Shown here: in pieces, positions 56,123-59,692 of the stretch | How the letters are laid out: the number at the start of each line of letters is the position of its first letter | How positions within the stretch are numbered: the first letter of the stretch is position 1 | NCBI GenBank assembly: GCA_035654175.1 | Contig: DASRXL010000059.1 | Coordinates: 1 to 59,692, forward strand | Reading direction: 5' to 3' | Source: Phycisphaerales bacterium | GTDB lineage: Bacteria; Planctomycetota; Phycisphaerae; Phycisphaerales; UBA1924 | Length of the DNA stretch: 59,692 bases | The notes under the pieces: generated by a model | Databases searched by the model: none | Told to the model about the DNA's origin: nothing | The model's input: the letters and a program-made list of their open reading frames with translations, nothing else | Made by a program: the position numbers and the translations under genes

Positions 56123-56470
56123 TCAGATGAACGCCCGCCCGCTCTCGCCGTCGATCAGCGACCATCCCAGCTTGCGGCAGATCCGGCTCAGCACCGGCCA
56201 CGCCGTCTCGTCGTCGTTGATCGTCGCCAGCACCTGCATCGGCTCGTCGATGCTCGTCGGCAGCTCGACAACGAACCCCGGGCCGTGCAGCCGCTCCAGC
56301 CCCAGCGACCCCTCCGGCGCCCCGTCCGGCGCCGTGTTGAAGTCCGCCAGCAGCCGCTTGATCTCCGGCCGCGTCCCCAGCGGCCGGGGCTCATCGCCCG
56401 CCTCAACCTTGCGGCTGAGGACCATCATGCGGCTCTTCTTCGCCACCCCGCCCCCTTCAGCGCTTGTCAC
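56123..56470 (-). CDS. Hypothetical protein
   Basis: GC3-rich ORF immediately downstream of the CheY-like gene. The start is uncertain (56470 or 56428). No recognised motifs. Confidence 0.5.
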   Translation of the reverse strand: MTSAEGGGVAKKSRMMVLSRKVEAGDEPRPLGTRPEIKRLLADFNTAPDGAPEGSLGLERLHGPGFVVELPTSIDEPMQVLATINDDETAWPVLSRICRKLGWSLIDGESGRAFI

Positions 56471-56852
56471 GCGCCGCGAGCAACGCCACCGACTCCTCGA
56501 GCAGCCGCCCCAGCGGCACCGGCTTGAGCAGATACCGGTCCACCCCCAGGCTCTCCGCGTACGCCTGGTGCCGCTTGCCCTCGTTGGCCGTCACCATGAT
56601 CACCAGCGGCGAGTCCTCGCGCCCCTTGATCCGCTCCAGGGCCAGGAACCCCGAGCGCCCGGGCAGCATCATGTCCAGGATCACCAGGTCCGGCGGGTCC
56701 TCGTGGCAGATGTCCACGGCAGTGTTGCCGTCGCCGACGGCCTGCGTCAGCGCCCCTTCGGCCTGAAACGCCGCCTCCATGGATTCGAGCACGTCCTGAT
56801 CGTCGTCCACGATCAGCACGCGCACGTCGTCAAGCCGGCCGCCGTCGCTCAT
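56457..56852 (-). CDS. Single-domain response regulator (CheY-like)
   Basis: VLIVDDDQD...DLVILDMMLPGRSG...VIMVTA...YLLKP. Start re-called at MSDGGRLDD. Confidence 0.85.
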   Translation of the reverse strand: MSDGGRLDDVRVLIVDDDQDVLESMEAAFQAEGALTQAVGDGNTAVDICHEDPPDLVILDMMLPGRSGFLALERIKGREDSPLVIMVTANEGKRHQAYAESLGVDRYLLKPVPLGRLLEESVALLAARDKR

Positions 56853-56952
56853 AAACCCTCCCGCCCGGGCCCGCCCCGCAGAGCGTGCCCCGCTGTCTCC
56901 ATTCAATCAGCCCGCCCCGCGCCGGGCAAGGCGTTCCCGCCGCACGCCACGA

Positions 56953-58068
56953 TTACGGCAGGCGCGTCAGCCCGTGCTCGGCCAGGAACCCCCGGTCCCG
57001 CTCGGACTGGTCCACCACCCGCTCCACCTCGGCCGAGGTCATCCACGGCAGGCTCTCGAGCTTCCGCCGCAGGCTCGCCGGGAACGGCCGGTTCAGCCGC
57101 TCGTGCCGCGGGCGGCTCTTCCACATCCGGTGCATCCACAAGTACTGTTCCGGCGCCCGCAGGATCATCCGCTCGATCGCCCGACGATACCGCGCCGCCA
57201 TGTAAAAGAACGGGTCCGGCTGGTTGTCCCAGTCCTCGGGGTGGATCGCGTCCTCGATCTCCAGGCGGTACCGGATCGGTTCGCCCGTGTGCGGCGAGGC
57301 AAACCCCTCGCGCACCGGCCGGTCCTCCCGCCCGTTCCACCCCAGACGGCGCGCCTGGCCCACCACGATCGACGCCCTGTGGTGATACGCCAGCATCCCG
57401 ATCGATTTGTACGTGGACGCCAGCCGTCCGAAGAACGGCACGAAGAGCCCCCGGTCGCCCGCGTTCTGGTCGGCCACGAACCCGATCGGCGCCCCCGCGC
57501 CCATCAGCCCCGGGATCTGCTTGAGCGCCCCGAACTTATCGAGCAGCAGCAGCCCCCGCCGCCCGCGCGTCTGCCGCACCCATTCGTCCAGCGGCTTGTT
57601 GTCCAGCGGCCGGTACAGCGCGTGCATCGGGAAGCCGAGCAGCGCCATCGTGTAGCCCAGCAGCTCCCAGTTGCCGCAGTGGCCGGTGATGAGCACCACC
57701 GGCCGCCCGGTCATGATCGTCCTGAGCCCGATCGCGATGTTGTCGAGCTCCGCGTGGCGGATCCAGGCGTCCTCGCTCATGAGGCGCGGGGCGAACGTCA
57801 CCTCGACCCCCAGCATGAAGAGGTGCTCGTACGCCCGGACCGCGTGCTCGCGCCGTTCGGCCTCGTCGAACTCCGGGCACGCCAGCCGGATGTGCCCCGC
57901 CGCCCGCTCGAGCCGCTTGCGGTTCACCGGAAGCTGCGCGAACGCCCGGCCCAGCCCCCGCGCCGCCTCGAGCGAGGCCCGCGGCCCGGCGAGGAGGGGC
58001 AGCGAGAGCGCCCCGCGCAGCGCCCAATAGGCCGGGATGTGCAGCGCCGTCGGGAGCTTCGCCCCCAC
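56953..58068 (-). CDS. LpxL/HtrB-family lysophospholipid (lipid A late) acyltransferase
   Basis: ITGHCGNWELLG catalytic H-x4-E/D-type motif, with length and layout typical of the family. Confidence 0.8.
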   Translation of the reverse strand: MGAKLPTALHIPAYWALRGALSLPLLAGPRASLEAARGLGRAFAQLPVNRKRLERAAGHIRLACPEFDEAERREHAVRAYEHLFMLGVEVTFAPRLMSEDAWIRHAELDNIAIGLRTIMTGRPVVLITGHCGNWELLGYTMALLGFPMHALYRPLDNKPLDEWVRQTRGRRGLLLLDKFGALKQIPGLMGAGAPIGFVADQNAGDRGLFVPFFGRLASTYKSIGMLAYHHRASIVVGQARRLGWNGREDRPVREGFASPHTGEPIRYRLEIEDAIHPEDWDNQPDPFFYMAARYRRAIERMILRAPEQYLWMHRMWKSRPRHERLNRPFPASLRRKLESLPWMTSAEVERVVDQSERDRGFLAEHGLTRLP

Positions 58069-58084
58069 GAGCCAAGCTCCTGGA

Positions 58085-59515
58085 TCAGAACCCGCCGATC
58101 AGCGTGCGCAGCCGGCTCTCGTTCAGCACCGGGATCGAGGTCGAGCCCGCCTGCTGGAACAGCCGGTTGTACCGCTCGATCACCTGCTGCGCCTGCACAT
58201 ACTGCTCCACCACCGGGATCGGCGCGTTGATCGGCGGCTCCGGCGGCAGCGCCGGGCGCTGCCCCATCACCAGGAAGTCCACGTCGCCCGTGAGCTCCTC
58301 CGTCACCGTCCCGCCCCAGTCCTCGATCATCGCCACGATCCCGCGGCGCTCGTCCTCGGTCGCGATCCCGTCGCGGTTGGCGTCGAAGTTGCCCACCACC
58401 AGGAACTTGTACTTCTTGCTCGGGTCGTACACCGCGTTCGCGATCACGTCGCCCCGCACCACCGGGTTGCCCGACCGCTCGCGCAGCACGCGGCAGATCG
58501 CCGAGTTCTCGTCGATCCGGATCACCTCGAGCGACGCCTTGGGCTCGGGGTACTCACCCGCCTCGTTCGGCCGGATCGCCGACGCCTCCTCATACACCGC
58601 GAACGTCATCCCCACGCGGATCTTCGCCCGCCGGCCCAGGTCGATCGTCGCCGTGCCCTCCGCGGCGTCGGCCGCCACCACGCGACCGTCCACCAGCGAC
58701 TCCTCCGGCTGACCCTGGAACAGGTCCTTCTTCCGCTCGCCGCGCAGCACCTCGAGCTGGTTCTGCTGGCGCTGGTTCTCCTCCTCGAGCGTCGTGATCC
58801 GGTCGAGCAGCTCCGACTCCCGCGCCTGCGACTCCGTCTGGATGCGCCCCACCCGCGACTCCATGTCCTGCTGGTGCTGCTCGGTGCCCGAGCGATACGC
58901 CTCAACCTCAGCCCGGTACCGCCCGAGCTCCTCGTTCACCGCCGCGAGCGTCGCCGCGTGCTGGGCGTCGCGCTGGGCCATCAGGTCCTGCAGGTTCTTC
59001 AGGTCCGCCTGGGCCACCTCCTGCGCCTTGCGCGCCGAGGCGATCTGCCCCTTGAGCGACCCGATGTAGGTGTCGGTCTGCGTCAGCAGCTGGTCGAACG
59101 AGCCGGCCTGCACCAGGCTCGCCACGCTCGGCGCCTCCCCCTGGCCCGCCCAGCCCGTCGCCTCCGCGATCCCCGGGAGCTGCTCGCCGTCGAGCCGCTC
59201 CATCGCCTCCGCGTACGTGCCGCGGCTGTTGCCGTTGATCGTCTTGATCGCCTGCGAGAGCGAGTCGGAGAGGTAGCCCACGACGGTCTTCTTCGCCGCC
59301 CGCGCCTCGTCGGCGATCTTCGTCACACGCGGGTCCTGGCGTTCCTGCGTGTTGATGTACTCGCTCAGCCCCTGGCGGGCGGTGGCGAGCTCGCCCTCGG
59401 CCTTGTTGAGGTTGCCGTAGAAGATGATGGTGCTGACGAAGAGCCCCAGGCACAGAATGCTGAGGATCGAGATCGTCACCACGACACCGACGCCCGCTCC
59501 ACCTCGACCTGCCAT
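58085..59515 (-). CDS. Membrane-anchored coiled-coil protein with C-terminal BRCT-like domain
   Basis: TM helix VVVTISILSILCLGLFVSTIIFY and a long coiled coil. The C-terminus KFLVVGNFDANRDG...IEDWGGTVTEELTGDVDFLVMG resembles BRCT. Start re-called at MAGRGGAG. Confidence 0.55.
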   Translation of the reverse strand: MAGRGGAGVGVVVTISILSILCLGLFVSTIIFYGNLNKAEGELATARQGLSEYINTQERQDPRVTKIADEARAAKKTVVGYLSDSLSQAIKTINGNSRGTYAEAMERLDGEQLPGIAEATGWAGQGEAPSVASLVQAGSFDQLLTQTDTYIGSLKGQIASARKAQEVAQADLKNLQDLMAQRDAQHAATLAAVNEELGRYRAEVEAYRSGTEQHQQDMESRVGRIQTESQARESELLDRITTLEEENQRQQNQLEVLRGERKKDLFQGQPEESLVDGRVVAADAAEGTATIDLGRRAKIRVGMTFAVYEEASAIRPNEAGEYPEPKASLEVIRIDENSAICRVLRERSGNPVVRGDVIANAVYDPSKKYKFLVVGNFDANRDGIATEDERRGIVAMIEDWGGTVTEELTGDVDFLVMGQRPALPPEPPINAPIPVVEQYVQAQQVIERYNRLFQQAGSTSIPVLNESRLRTLIGGF

Positions 59516-59692
59516 CGTTCGCACTCCGCACTTGAAAGGGACCCGCGCCGGACATGCCCCGCCGGGGCCGCCCGCCGCGATCGCACACAGTACCCGCCGC
59601 ACCCGGCCCCGGCCGCATGCCGCCCGCGCACCACGACGCGCCGGCCGCCACCGCCGGCCCCGCCGCGCCATACGCCCCCGGCCCATCGCCGG

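Overview
High-G+C (roughly 70% by eye) bacterial chromosomal segment. GC-type dockerin tails, a PEP-CTERM protein, a GT3 glycogen synthase and an oversized LepB suggest Planctomycetota/Phycisphaerae; that placement is inference only. Most of the window is housekeeping: gdhA with an NtrC-type two-component pair, parB, lepB, a RicT/PSP1 homologue, a NifS-like desulfurase, a cysteine synthase-family gene, hisS, a glycogen cluster, trxA, purB, Mla-like components, a dual GT2 and an LpxL-like acyltransferase. No rRNA, tRNA or CRISPR array was recognised. The most interesting region is about 18.85-28.35 kb, a mosaic insertion bracketed by a 5'-truncated and an intact copy of the same PD-(D/E)XK-like (HYExAFE-type) gene. 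It carries a lower-G+C two-gene module: a 722-aa SAMHD1/dGTPase-like HD phosphohydrolase with a long unassigned C-terminal region, whose stop overlaps (ATGA) the start of a 95-aa winged-helix-like gene. Next to it are a decayed McrA-head+EVE modification reader, a decayed ParB-like gene and a REC-HDOD/Cys-rich pair. I rate this HD module the best candidate for an undescribed defence system. Other notable items are a RAYT transposase flanked by inverted REP doublets and a HepT/MntA pair whose toxin stop overlaps the purB start. There are also long heptanucleotide arrays with an in-frame copy inside hisS, a sigma-54 promoter in front of gdhA, and a frameshifted PEP-CTERM gene. All four apparent frameshifts sit in or next to short G or C runs, so assembly error must be excluded. 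The ORF track accepts non-ATG starts, so several starts given here are my own re-calls and are uncertain. Many long Arg/Pro/Ala-rich ORFs are antisense artefacts of the high G+C.
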